Source of the DNA: Wallemia ichthyophaga EXF-994 | Taxonomy: Eukaryota > Fungi > Basidiomycota | Reading direction: 5' to 3' | NCBI RefSeq assembly: GCF_000400465.1 | Contig: NW_008806278.1 | Coordinates: 232,592 to 264,591 of the forward strand | Length of the DNA stretch: 32,000 nt | Shown here: piece after piece, positions 20,991-30,648 of the stretch | How positions within the stretch are numbered: the first letter of the stretch is position 1 | How the letters are laid out: every line of letters begins with the position of its first letter | Translations under genes and position numbers: made by a program | Notes under the pieces: model-generated | Seen by the model: the letters and a program-made list of their open reading frames with translations, nothing else | Told to the model about the DNA's origin: nothing | The model's database searches: none

Positions 20991-22220
20991 ATGATCGTCC
21001 AACACCTAAAATTCATAATTTTATGTCTGTGTTGGTACTTATCCTCAGCGCTGTCTTCTAATACAGGCAAAGTCATTCTCAATCACCACAGGCTGCCTGT
21101 TAGTCTAACGCTATATCAATTCGGATTCATATCACTATTCACTTATCTAATTACGAAAAGGCCTTTTAAGTTGACAAATCTGAAGCCAATCAACAAGAAT
21201 ATATTTATCAATGTTTCCCCAATGGCGGTGTTCCAGATTGGCGGTCACGTACTCACTTCAATGGCTATCTCTAGAGTACCAGTCAGTACCGTTCATACGA
21301 TCAAAGCACTCTCGCCCCTCTTTACAGTGCTGTCCTACAAATTCTTATTTAAAGTCAACTACTCAACGCAAACGTACTTGAGTTTGCTACCATTAACCAT
21401 TGGAGTTATGCTTGCAATGTCTTTTGATATGTCTTTATTAAACACGCCCGGACTGGTTTATGCTTTGTTATCAACATTTGTCTTCGTCTCTCAGAATATT
21501 TTCAGCAAGAAGTTATTACCTTCGGATACTCAAAAGCACAGCTCGCAGAAGTTGGATAAACTTAACTTGTTATTCTACTCATCTTTGATGGCTTTTACTT
21601 CAATGATTCCACTGTGGTTCTACTCAGATTTTGGGCACGTTCGGAATTTGCTCTTCATTGGATCATCTGTTGATCGCCCAGTTGGATTTAGCTTATGTAT
21701 ACTCTCCAATGGCTTCGTACACTTTATTCAAAATCTCGTTGCATTTGCCATTTTAGCTGCGACTTCCCCAGTGACGTACTCGATTGCATCACTCACGAAA
21801 AGGATCGCGGTGATTTGCCTTGCTATCATCTATTTCAAGCAAAGTGTTCACTTTATACAAATTATTGGTATTGTCATGACAGGCGTTGGGTTGTACTTGT
21901 ACAACAAGTCAAAGCAAGATGTTAACAAAGGTGAAGTTAAAGTTAGGAGGGATGAAGCCTTACGTGACTTTGCATTACCAACGACAAAATCAGATGACAA
22001 GTTTCTTAGCGGTAAAGAAAGCCCTTGGCAGCAATATACCTCCTCTGCAGCATTCTATCCAATCACCAACAATCCAAGCGAGAACGTCATGGAAATGCCA
22101 GCATATACAAACAATCTAGCAAATAACCAAGTAAAATATCGTCAAGATCACGCTTATCCGTCACCGCCTACATCAGTTGATAGCTCACCACCGCAACCTG
22201 CATCGTATATCAATTCATAG
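20991..22220 (+). CDS. Triose-phosphate/nucleotide-sugar transporter family protein (SLC35E/Sly41-like), intronless
   Basis: 409-aa ORF with about 9-10 hydrophobic segments. Motifs WYLSSALS, VPVSTVHTIKALSPLFTV, QNIFSKK, LDKLNLLFYSS, SPVTYSIASLTKR. Confidence 0.9.
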   Translation: MIVQHLKFIILCLCWYLSSALSSNTGKVILNHHRLPVSLTLYQFGFISLFTYLITKRPFKLTNLKPINKNIFINVSPMAVFQIGGHVLTSMAISRVPVSTVHTIKALSPLFTVLSYKFLFKVNYSTQTYLSLLPLTIGVMLAMSFDMSLLNTPGLVYALLSTFVFVSQNIFSKKLLPSDTQKHSSQKLDKLNLLFYSSLMAFTSMIPLWFYSDFGHVRNLLFIGSSVDRPVGFSLCILSNGFVHFIQNLVAFAILAATSPVTYSIASLTKRIAVICLAIIYFKQSVHFIQIIGIVMTGVGLYLYNKSKQDVNKGEVKVRRDEALRDFALPTTKSDDKFLSGKESPWQQYTSSAAFYPITNNPSENVMEMPAYTNNLANNQVKYRQDHAYPSPPTSVDSSPPQPASYINS

Positions 22221-22308
22221 ACATTAGCAATAAAACTGAACTTTAGAATGTAATTTGTTGTTTAAAAGTATTTAGTTCTAATTTGATACCATCCTTTTCC
22301 ACTAAACA

Positions 22309-24160
22309 ATGAACACAGATGGCTGGTGGGAATGCAGCTAACACGCTAAATTTGAATACTTATTTTCCATAGGCCTGATTTGGAGGTAGAAGACAAGGCT
22401 CCAACGCGTCTGACATCAAAGTACGATAATCTTGATCAGCTATCGTCTGCATTCAATGTAAAGCACACCACACAATCGTATCAAGCACAATTTGCATCTC
22501 TCTATTATCTCAGACTGGCTAAGCTTAAGAAGCTTACGCAGAATAGATCTATCAACAAGTGGAACGAAATTCCAGGTGAGGTGGTTGATTAGCCTGAATA
22601 TATGAGAATCCTGACAGACAGCGCGTGATTTAGGTCAATCACAAAAGCCAAAATTCCACAGTAGAGTGTTAGACGTTGAACAGAACAAACTGTCGTATCT
22701 TGTCGGTACTATCTATATGGATATGAAGTTGAAACCCAACGTTTTGGATGATCTTGCTCGTAACGTGGGTTTATTTGGTAGAAAAAGCACAATATTCTTA
22801 ACAATACTTAGCATTGGGTGGCAGCACCTCAGCCGACAGAGAAAATGTACAGCGATAACGACGAATTGTGTCTGGAGGATGAAAGCGGTAGAATCAAGTT
22901 GGTTGGACCAATTATTGCAAGAACACAACTAGTCACAGGTACGATGCTGTTGATATGTTCAATCATTCGCTTATCTTGATCTTAGGTATCATCATCGGTG
23001 TTTTGGGGATTGAAAAGGATCCAGGAGAATTCACCGTGTTGGATGTGTGTTACCCAGGAATACCACCGCAAGCAACCAACATAACATCAATGGATAGCGA
23101 TAAATCACCCCTAGTTGCCGTCGTCTCGGGTCTTCGACTGGGATCGCAAGGAGCGAATGATGCGTTGACACGCAGAATGCTTATCGACTTCATTACCGGA
23201 CAACAAGGAGGATCAACTGACCAAAGCTTGTCATCTAGAATCACGCGTTTGGTTATTGCTGGTAACTGCATGAGTCCACCTATTGCAGATGAAGACAAGA
23301 AACCAAAACGATTCGGAAAAGATCGAGCAACGTACTCATCTTTACCTTCTACAGACTTTGATAGATTTTTGGTTGAATTGTCAAATTACGTAGACATTGA
23401 CATTTTACCAGGACCTGACGATCCTGCGGGTACTCTATTGCCTCAGCAGCCCTTCCCTAAAGCCATGTTTAAAGGTGCACATGATAACTTTGAGCAGGGT
23501 TCGGTGGTTTGTCATACTAATCCAACATGGTTTTCGATAGATGAGACAAGGTGAGATGGTCGATGGTCAATGGTCGATGTGTATGATCATATAGGCTGAC
23601 AGATAAAACAGAATACTGGTTTCAGGTGGCCAGACGCTAGATGACTCGTTCAAGTATGTCAAAAGTCATGATAGGCTTGGTTTGGCAGTTGACAGTTTGA
23701 AATGGCGTCATATTGCCCCTACGGCGCCAGATACACTTTGTGAGATGATTGTTGCTGCACATGATTATGACTAAAAGTTAATTAGGGTGCTACCCGTTCA
23801 CTGACAAGGATCCCTTCATATTAAGTGAATGCCCGCATATTTTCATCAACGGAAATCAGAAGGAATTCGAAACGGAGCTAATAGATGGTGTGTTTGTGAT
23901 GTTTATCGAGGGTAAAATATTAACCAGGCATCAATCTAGGTCCAGAAGGACAGCAAGCGCGTGTGGTAAATATACCGCAATTCACAGATAAAAGCGTGAT
24001 TGCCCTCGTAAATTTGGATACTTTGGATTGTGAACCAGTTACATTCATTCCAGACGCAGCCTTAGACGGCGAAGAGGAACCGTTGAACGGGGTTGCGAAG
24101 AAAGAGGGAAAAGAGGAAGAGGAGGACTTGATACCAAATGATGATATCGGCGAGCTGTAA
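22309..24160 (+). CDS. POL31: DNA polymerase delta small subunit (Pol31/Cdc1/POLD2), multi-exon
   Basis: Motifs QFASLYYLRL, VGTIYMDMKLKPNVL, LEDESGRI, LVTGIIIGVLG, RLVIAGN, PGPDDPAGTLLPQQP, TNPTW, WRHIAPTAPDTL, PFTDKDPF. Start at 22309 is inferred via intron 22326-22372. Confidence 0.95.
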
Positions 24161-24607
24161 TTAATTATTCCATTGAACCCTGAAAGGCCGTGCGTATATG
24201 TCTCACATCATTTATGACCCTGTCTTGAAAACGCGCACAGACTCTTCTATGGTACCTAGATGCAGCGTTCCTAGCCTTAAATTTGTGACATGAGTGATTA
24301 TAAAGGCATGCAAAATGAATAACAAGATATTTCAAGAAGGAATATTTTTGGATGTGTTGGTTTTTGAGATGTGTTAATTTAAATTGTCTCTCATTTCACC
24401 CAAGACACAGCCAATCGGATGAAATTTTGTGTAAACAGCGGTAGAAGAGACAATGCAAGAGGAACCCAGGATATATATTATTACTGCACAATTGTTTGTG
24501 TGTAGCCTTTATCATGCTCTTACAGCTGTCATTTCTGTCATTGTAGTTGATCCAGTTATTTTGGGACCTGGTTTCCCGTAGTTTGGTCCAGAAGGTTCAC
24601 GCGGTAT

Positions 24608-24614
24608 TATAAAA
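24608..24614 (+). promoter_or_regulatory. TATA box (TATAAAA) of the GH128 gene
   Basis: Canonical TATAAAA followed by a pyrimidine-rich stretch, then a 5'-UTR intron and the ATG at 24758. Confidence 0.55.
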
Positions 24615-24670
24615 TGTGACTGTCTGTTCTTTGTCCTCTACCTTTAAAGTCATCGCCTGGTGCGCCAAAC

Positions 24671-24722
24671 GTAAGTATCACAGCAGCAGCAGCAGCTAAG
24701 CTAAATCTAACTCCCGCTATAG
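24671..24722 (+). other. 5'-UTR intron of the GH128 gene
   Basis: GTAAGT donor at 24671, CTAAC branch motif, TAG acceptor ending at 24722. 52 nt, within the local intron size range. Confidence 0.7.
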
Positions 24723-24757
24723 TCATTCGTTACTAAACACCACATTCGCTAATCACA

Positions 24758-25930
24758 ATGCACTCGAAGATCTTGCTTGCTACTCTCGCCCTTGTCTCAA
24801 CCACATTAGCTGGTAACCACAACGGTGACTTCGCTGCTAGACGTCGTCATCACGTCGGAAAGCGTGACTGGCACCACCATGGTGACCATCACGGAGACCA
24901 TCACGGAGACCATCACGGAAACCATCACGGAGACCACCAGGGTCACCATCACCGCGAAGATCACCACGGCCACCACTGGGATCATGATTGGGATAATCAA
25001 AATGGTGGTAGTCAAGACAACAGCTCCGGTGACTCTACTGCTACTACGACTTCAAGCTGGTCAGCGCCTAGTGCAACCACCTCATCTACACCATCGTCAA
25101 ACACTGGCGGTGCTGTCACTACTTCAACAAACTCGCCAGCGGCTAGTCCAACTACCACGTCTTCAGGCAACTCAGACAGCACTACTAGCGGCACCGAGAA
25201 AGCTGGTCTCGCTTGGCCAAATGGTAACGCAAATGACATCAGTAAATGGTCAAAGGGTAACATAGGCTGGTACTATACCTGGAGTCCATGGCCAGTAGAC
25301 TCAGCTGGTGATCTCGACTTCTACCCTCAACTCTGGGGTCAAAAGCAAGTTTCAACCTGGAACCAACAAAAGAGTAAATTCGCTGAGTGGGGTACTACCC
25401 ACATTCTCGGTTTCAACGAGCCAAACGAAGTGGGTCAAGCAAACATGAACCCAGCTGATGCTGCCAGTTTATGGAACCAAGAGATTGCACAATATCAAGG
25501 TCAATACACGCTCATCTCGCCAGCATGCACTTCTCGCGTTGGAGATTCAGCATCTGGCAGTGACGGTATCAAGTGGTTGCAAGAATTCCAACAAAACGGT
25601 GCAAGCTTCGACGCTGTTGCTGTCCACATCTATGATACTGATTACGAGAGTGTTATCAGCACTCTTCAAAAGTTCCACGATACTTTCCAACTCCCCGTCT
25701 ACTTGACTGAGTACGCTTGCCAGAATTTTGCTGGTGGCGCTCAATGTTCGGAAAGCGAAGTCTGGCAAATGATGGAAAAGACATCTAGCTGGATGGACGA
25801 GCAAGAGTGGATGCACGGTTACTCTTGGTTTGGTGTAATGGAGAACATGCAAGGCGTCAACCAATTGAATCAATTATTGTCCAACGATTCACCAACTGAA
25901 TTGGGATCTTACTACATTCAATCATCATAG
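24758..25930 (+). CDS. Secreted GH128 (Asl1-like) beta-1,3-glucanase with His-rich N-terminal tract and Ser/Thr linker
   Basis: 390-aa intronless ORF: signal peptide, KR site, His-rich tract, S/T linker, then KAGLAW, WYYTWSP, PQLWG, LGFNEPNE (acid/base Glu), AVHIY, VYLTEYAC (nucleophile Glu), YSWFG. Confidence 0.92.
   Translation: MHSKILLATLALVSTTLAGNHNGDFAARRRHHVGKRDWHHHGDHHGDHHGDHHGNHHGDHQGHHHREDHHGHHWDHDWDNQNGGSQDNSSGDSTATTTSSWSAPSATTSSTPSSNTGGAVTTSTNSPAASPTTTSSGNSDSTTSGTEKAGLAWPNGNANDISKWSKGNIGWYYTWSPWPVDSAGDLDFYPQLWGQKQVSTWNQQKSKFAEWGTTHILGFNEPNEVGQANMNPADAASLWNQEIAQYQGQYTLISPACTSRVGDSASGSDGIKWLQEFQQNGASFDAVAVHIYDTDYESVISTLQKFHDTFQLPVYLTEYACQNFAGGAQCSESEVWQMMEKTSSWMDEQEWMHGYSWFGVMENMQGVNQLNQLLSNDSPTELGSYYIQSS
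24875..24946 (+). repeat. Coding 12-bp tandem repeat (consensus CATCACGGAGAC, ~6 units) encoding HHGD units
   Basis: Units CACCATGGTGAC, CATCACGGAGAC x2, CATCACGGAAAC, CATCACGGAGAC, CACCAGGGTCAC read directly. Confidence 0.95.
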
Positions 25931-26194
25931 AGTATTGAGTGCTCTACAGATGCAGGTCGTCTGAAACAAGAATTATAACAGGCTTATAATATTTTGTATT
26001 TACTATGCAATGCTCGCATTTCAAATATTAAGCAATGTGCTCTGTGATGTCACGTGATATTTACTACTGGATTTTGCTTGTAATATTAAGAATATAAGCG
26101 CCTGTAAATCATCGATCGGGTACCTGATACATATGAGCTATTCATCCGTAACTTTCTCCACTACCACCACCACCACTACCATCGAAAAGATAAC

Positions 26195-27719
26195 ATGTCT
26201 AGAATACCGCCCATACCCGGTCAGATATTAACATCGCCGGAACAATGCCATTCATTAAAAAGCTTGGTGCAGGAACTTTGCCAGACGAGATCGAAATCGT
26301 ACGTCGATTCTCAAGTTGAAGACGCAGAGCCTATCTGACTATCAATACACAGTTTTCCTGGATCACAGCCAGTGTCTTTTGGTTGGAAATCACTGCAAGC
26401 GTTGGAAAGAGAAGAGTGGGTCGCATCAAAAGCTCGCGTATAAGCTCACAGACAATCGTTAAAGCTACTGGGTCTGTGAGAAATCTGATGGCGTGCGGTG
26501 TCTACTACTTATCCTGACGAATGGCACAACCAATGAGCAAGAGACGTACTTCGTTAGTCGTCACTCTATACCAACTCGATTTAACCTGACAATGAGTATC
26601 TAAGATAGACAGGAAGAATGTTTATAGACGGATTCGCGGGCTTTACTTCCCAAATTATAAAGATAGCACTTTGCTTACACCTGCTAATAAAACTCTCATT
26701 GATGGCGAATTGGTTATCGACCACGATAAGAAATCTGGCAAGGTAAGCAGGGCCTATCAGTAGCCTCTAAGTAATTTAAGCTAGTTTAGGATAAATTGAG
26801 ATACTTGGTGTTCGATCTGTTGGTGCTCGAAACCGAAGACATTTACAATATGAGATTGGGCTCCAGATATGGTGTGAGTGAACTGTAATAGAAGTGCTTC
26901 ACCTCGACTCATAATTTACAGAGACTGAGATCATGGGTCGTTGAGCCATTTCTGAAGTCACTGGCTAAGAGGGGCAATCCATCTCAGCCATTGGAGTGAG
27001 TTGATATCCCAGCACGCAATCCATATCTCATATGATTATTAGAATCAAGTTGAAGGTAATGGATCTTGCATACGCTATCGACCACGTCTTCAAAACACAC
27101 ATACCAAATCTCCAACATGGCAACGATGGATTAATTTTCACGTGTGTTGAGAGTGGATACGTATTTGGGACTGACTCAAGAATGTGAGCGTTTCAGAAAT
27201 AATTTCATCTTTATGCTGACGTCTATCAGCATCAAGTGGAAAGATCCAAGCGAGAATAGCATTGATTTCAGGATATCGCTGAGGTTCTCAGCGAGTGACG
27301 ACAATACAAATACATGCGACTTTGCAAAGAAACCGCTGTGCGAGCTTCAACAATGGGAAGGTGGTAAACTCTACAATTGGTTTGACAACTGGGATATCTC
27401 AGAAGAAGAGTGGCAAAACTTCCTCAAGGACGGTATAGACTTACACAATAAGATAGCCGAGTTTAGTTGGATGAAAAATGAGGAGAATTGGAGATTTCTG
27501 CGATTTCGAGATGATAAGAATGACGCCAATCATTCGACCGTCGTTGAAAAAGTCACTGAATCAATTGAAGATGGCGTTGAAGCGCACCAGTTGATAAGAA
27601 AGTCTAGTCGTATACGATCAGAATGGAAATCACGAGCGCAGCGGCGAGGTATTGGCATGCCTGTACATTCAAAGTCGCCGCCTCAAAGTACAGCTCAGCC
27701 CTACAAGCTAAATACATAA
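26195..27719 (+). CDS. CEG1: mRNA capping enzyme guanylyltransferase, multi-exon
   Basis: FPGSQPVSF, motif I YWVCEKSDGVR, LIDGELVID, YLVFDLL, HGNDGLIFT, KWK, WRFLRFRDDKNDANH. Stop TAA 27717-27719. Confidence 0.95.
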
Positions 27720-27920
27720 GAAAGAACTTTTGTTGTAGTAAAGAGTTTATAAATTCACCTGATTAGACAGAGGAACTTATTTGACAGCGAAAACCGTAGA
27801 TAGCGGCAGAGTGCGACTTGGGCAGTATTGCGGCATGTGGCAGCTCTGTGTGCTTTTCTAAAAATGATATAACCAATGTTGATATTAGTGTTGGTATTAT
27901 TATTAGTATCAGTGTTAGTG

Positions 27921-28140
27921 TCAGTGTTTAAAGATGAGATCATTAGGATCATCTGCGCTGTTGCCTTGACTCAGATCATTTTGCTGATTGCCATTGTCTT
28001 GCCTGAAATCATCAATTCGATTTTGCTCCAGTCTATGCTTTGACTTCAGTCGTCTACGGACTGCCTTGTCTTGGTGGTTGAGGTTAGATAGACCAAGTAA
28101 TATTAGCAAACTTACTAGGGATATCGCTCAAAGCGGACAT
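27921..28140 (-). CDS. Candidate novel small hydrophilic protein (54-57 aa, 2 coding exons, spliced 5' leader)
   Basis: ATG 28140, exon of 25 nt, GTAAGT donor 28115, CTAAC branch, acceptor at 28070 (AAG) or 28061 (CAG), both in frame: MSALSDIP(NKAV/I)RRRLKSKHRLEQNRIDDFRQDNGNQQNDLSQGNSADDPNDLIFKH*. Upstream 50-nt intron 28202-28153 and TATA-like TATTTAA at 28310-28304. No family recognised. Confidence 0.5.
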
Positions 28141-28809
28141 TAAATGGACTTCCTGGTTTTATCGAAGGTTAAAGAGAGTCGAGCGAGTGAGATAAAGCTT
28201 ACTGGGAGTAGCGCAGGCTATTTACAGGGAAAGGGTTATACCCGCCTTACTATGGCCCTAAGACAGCAAACCGCAAGGAAAAGAGAAAAGAAGTGTGGTA
28301 CCCTTAAATACCGCAGCGGCGACCGAGAATCACGTGGCTCGCGCCTTGTGTTTGTTGTGTTTCACGAACCCGGCTACCCTCGTTCCTAGCCACGCAGCTA
28401 ACGGCGTACACTTGGTAATTTACTGTGCATCTGAGCACTTTAATCCATTCGTGTAAATCAATCTGCTGTAAGTATCTGATAGTACTGAAAAAGTCTATAC
28501 AAAATGCCTTGTCATCCCAAACACATCTTGAAGTCATCAGATAAGTAGATGTCAAGGGTGGCCGAGTTAATCGATAACATAAAATTGCAGAAATAAATTA
28601 TCAGGAATATAAGGCTTCTAAATGGATCACGCTTGCTTCGCTTGTCTACTTTACGCTATAGCGTAATCATCAGCAATATTAAAACAAGAAATATTAATGT
28701 AGTCATTACACCCCAAAATATTATCACCAAATGTTTAAATAACATTTATTTATTCCTTAGTGGATGGTGTGAAGGTTGAGTGACCATGACCACCAAAAAT
28801 GCCACCCTT

Positions 28810-30614
28810 TCAGGCCTTTTCAACCTTATTTTCGGCCTTGTCAGCTTTGTCTTTCTTTCCTTTCTTCTTGCCAGCTTCAGCGACCAGCCTATTTCGAGTT
28901 AGAAAAGACTTCGTATTGATCGGTAGCCTACCTCTCTAGCTCGCGACGCTCTTCGTCGCTTTCATCAGGCTTGACACCCTTGAAGATTGCTCCTATAATG
29001 ATCATACCCTATGACAGGTTGTCAGTTGATTCAACTAAAATTTATTTGTGTACCTTTGCTCGAAGAAGAGAAGTATTTTCTGAAATTTGAGGATCATTCA
29101 AGACTCGCTCGCTCACCTCACGAAGAACCCCGTTGGCTTCAAAACGAGCAACTCGCCAGGAAATGAGCAGAATCTATGAGCTACCTTAGCGATGTTCGAA
29201 ACATGAAATTAAGACATACCTTGGCAGTAACATCCATACCGAGAGCTTCGGCTTCATTTTCTGGCACCTCACCAGATTCTTGACGCTTGTTCATTTCTTC
29301 GATAGCTACTTGTGCGCCATGACTGAGAGTTGCTAAATCAAAGCACATAAATAAGCATTCTACTCACGCACTACCAAGCAGTCCCCAACCTTCCTTTAGA
29401 ATGGAGCCCTTTTCCTTAACGCGACCAAAGAAGCCACTCAATCCTAAGAAGCCCTTGCGACTCTTGATGTGGTTTTGACCTTTGGTCAAATAAACGCCAC
29501 CAATGGTATGCAGGAGCTGGTGGAGTATAAGAGATATCAAAAAGGACAATAAACACACACCTCGATACCGAAAGACTCTAACTTTAAGTCCTCGGCTTCC
29601 CTCTTAATACCATCTTGGAATCTCTTGGTTTCAGGATCATTCTCAGATCCAGGATTGCGAGCTTCAACGAATACTCTCAGTCTGTCTTTCATGCACTCTG
29701 TAAGGTATTTCACTCTCTGTGAATAATTATGATGAGAATGTAATCTTCAACAGTAAACATCGAACACACCTCTTCCTTCTCTTTTTCAGTTTGTGCCTCG
29801 TGTTCCTTCAACTTGACCTTTTGTTCATCTGTGAGCTTCTTGTGCTCGTCTGCAATCTTCTGGTGCTTCGCCTTCTCTTCTTCAGAAGCATCTGGATGAG
29901 GTGGAGCTAAAATATCGGCATGTGCACCTTCACCGATAGATTGTTGCTGAGGAGCGGGTGGAGCAGATGGTTTGGAACCATCTTTGTTATGAGCACCGAC
30001 ACTTCCGCGAAGCTCGGCTTCCTCTTCTGCTCTTAGTGATGCCTTCTCTTCTTCTGTCATTGTCACCTAATCGATTGTGAAAATCAGACGCGTCCGGAGG
30101 TATAAACAAAGACACACACCTCAGCGCGACCAGCGAGATCTTTGACGAGGGAGAAGTCACCAATCTGAATAACATGAACTTAGGATCAACGCGTCTAAGC
30201 TTTACGCACGTAGTCTTTGAATGCCTCGCCACCAAACATCTGACCGAAAAGAGCTTCAGGATCTAAGCTGTCTGCATTAGCAGCACCTGATTCCTTCTTG
30301 CCATTCTTATCGTACCAGGCTCTCTCGTGTGGGTCTTTTAGGATAGAGTAAGCCTCACCGATCTTCTGGAATTTCTCTTCAGCGCCAGGGGATTGGTTCT
30401 GGTTTGTAAAGTTGAGTGTATGTGGTAGAGAGCGAGCAAGCGTATACCTTGTCTGGGTGCCATTGGATTGCAGCCTTCCTGTAAGCCTTCTTACTGAGAT
30501 ATTGATCGACTAAGCATGGCGCAGAGGAAAGGGGAAAATCTACACGCACAGCTCTAAATCTGTAGCCTCAGGCTTGACACTGAGTAAATCGTAATATTCC
30601 GTGTCTTTCACCAT
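28810..30614 (-). CDS. DJP1: J-domain co-chaperone with DNAJ-X domain (Djp1/Caj1-like), multi-exon
   Basis: MVKDTEYYDLLSVKPEATDLE|LKKAYRKAAIQWHPDK|...EEKFQKIGEAYSILKD, FGGEAFKDY, ESFGIE|LLHTIGGVY, GFFGRVKEKG. C-terminus RLVAEAGKKKGKK...EKA*, stop 28812-28810. Confidence 0.88.
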
Positions 30615-30648
30615 CGTGGCTGCGATTGAAGCGGGTTGATCGCCAACG

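Noticed and set aside
24806-25265. Alternate-frame ORFs with ITET / MVSV repeats, or the 12-bp repeat as a CRISPR-like array
   Set aside because: These are other frames of the HHGD coding repeat. There are no spacers and the context is eukaryotic.
27755-27952. 65-aa ORF with a TDTNTDTNNN repeat as a continuation of the small gene
   Set aside because: It is in a different frame, and I found no plausible intron joining it. It is more simply a low-complexity 3' UTR.
28218-28260. TAGGG / TAACCCT and a small GGGT-TAT-ACCC hairpin as a telomerase-RNA template or H/ACA snoRNA
   Set aside because: The match is shorter than a 1.5-repeat template, and there is no convincing hairpin-H-hairpin-ACA layout.
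26049-28336. Two RTCACGTG (Cbf1/CDEI-like) sites at 26049-26056 and 28329-28336
   Set aside because: About this many are expected by chance in 32 kb; no supporting context.
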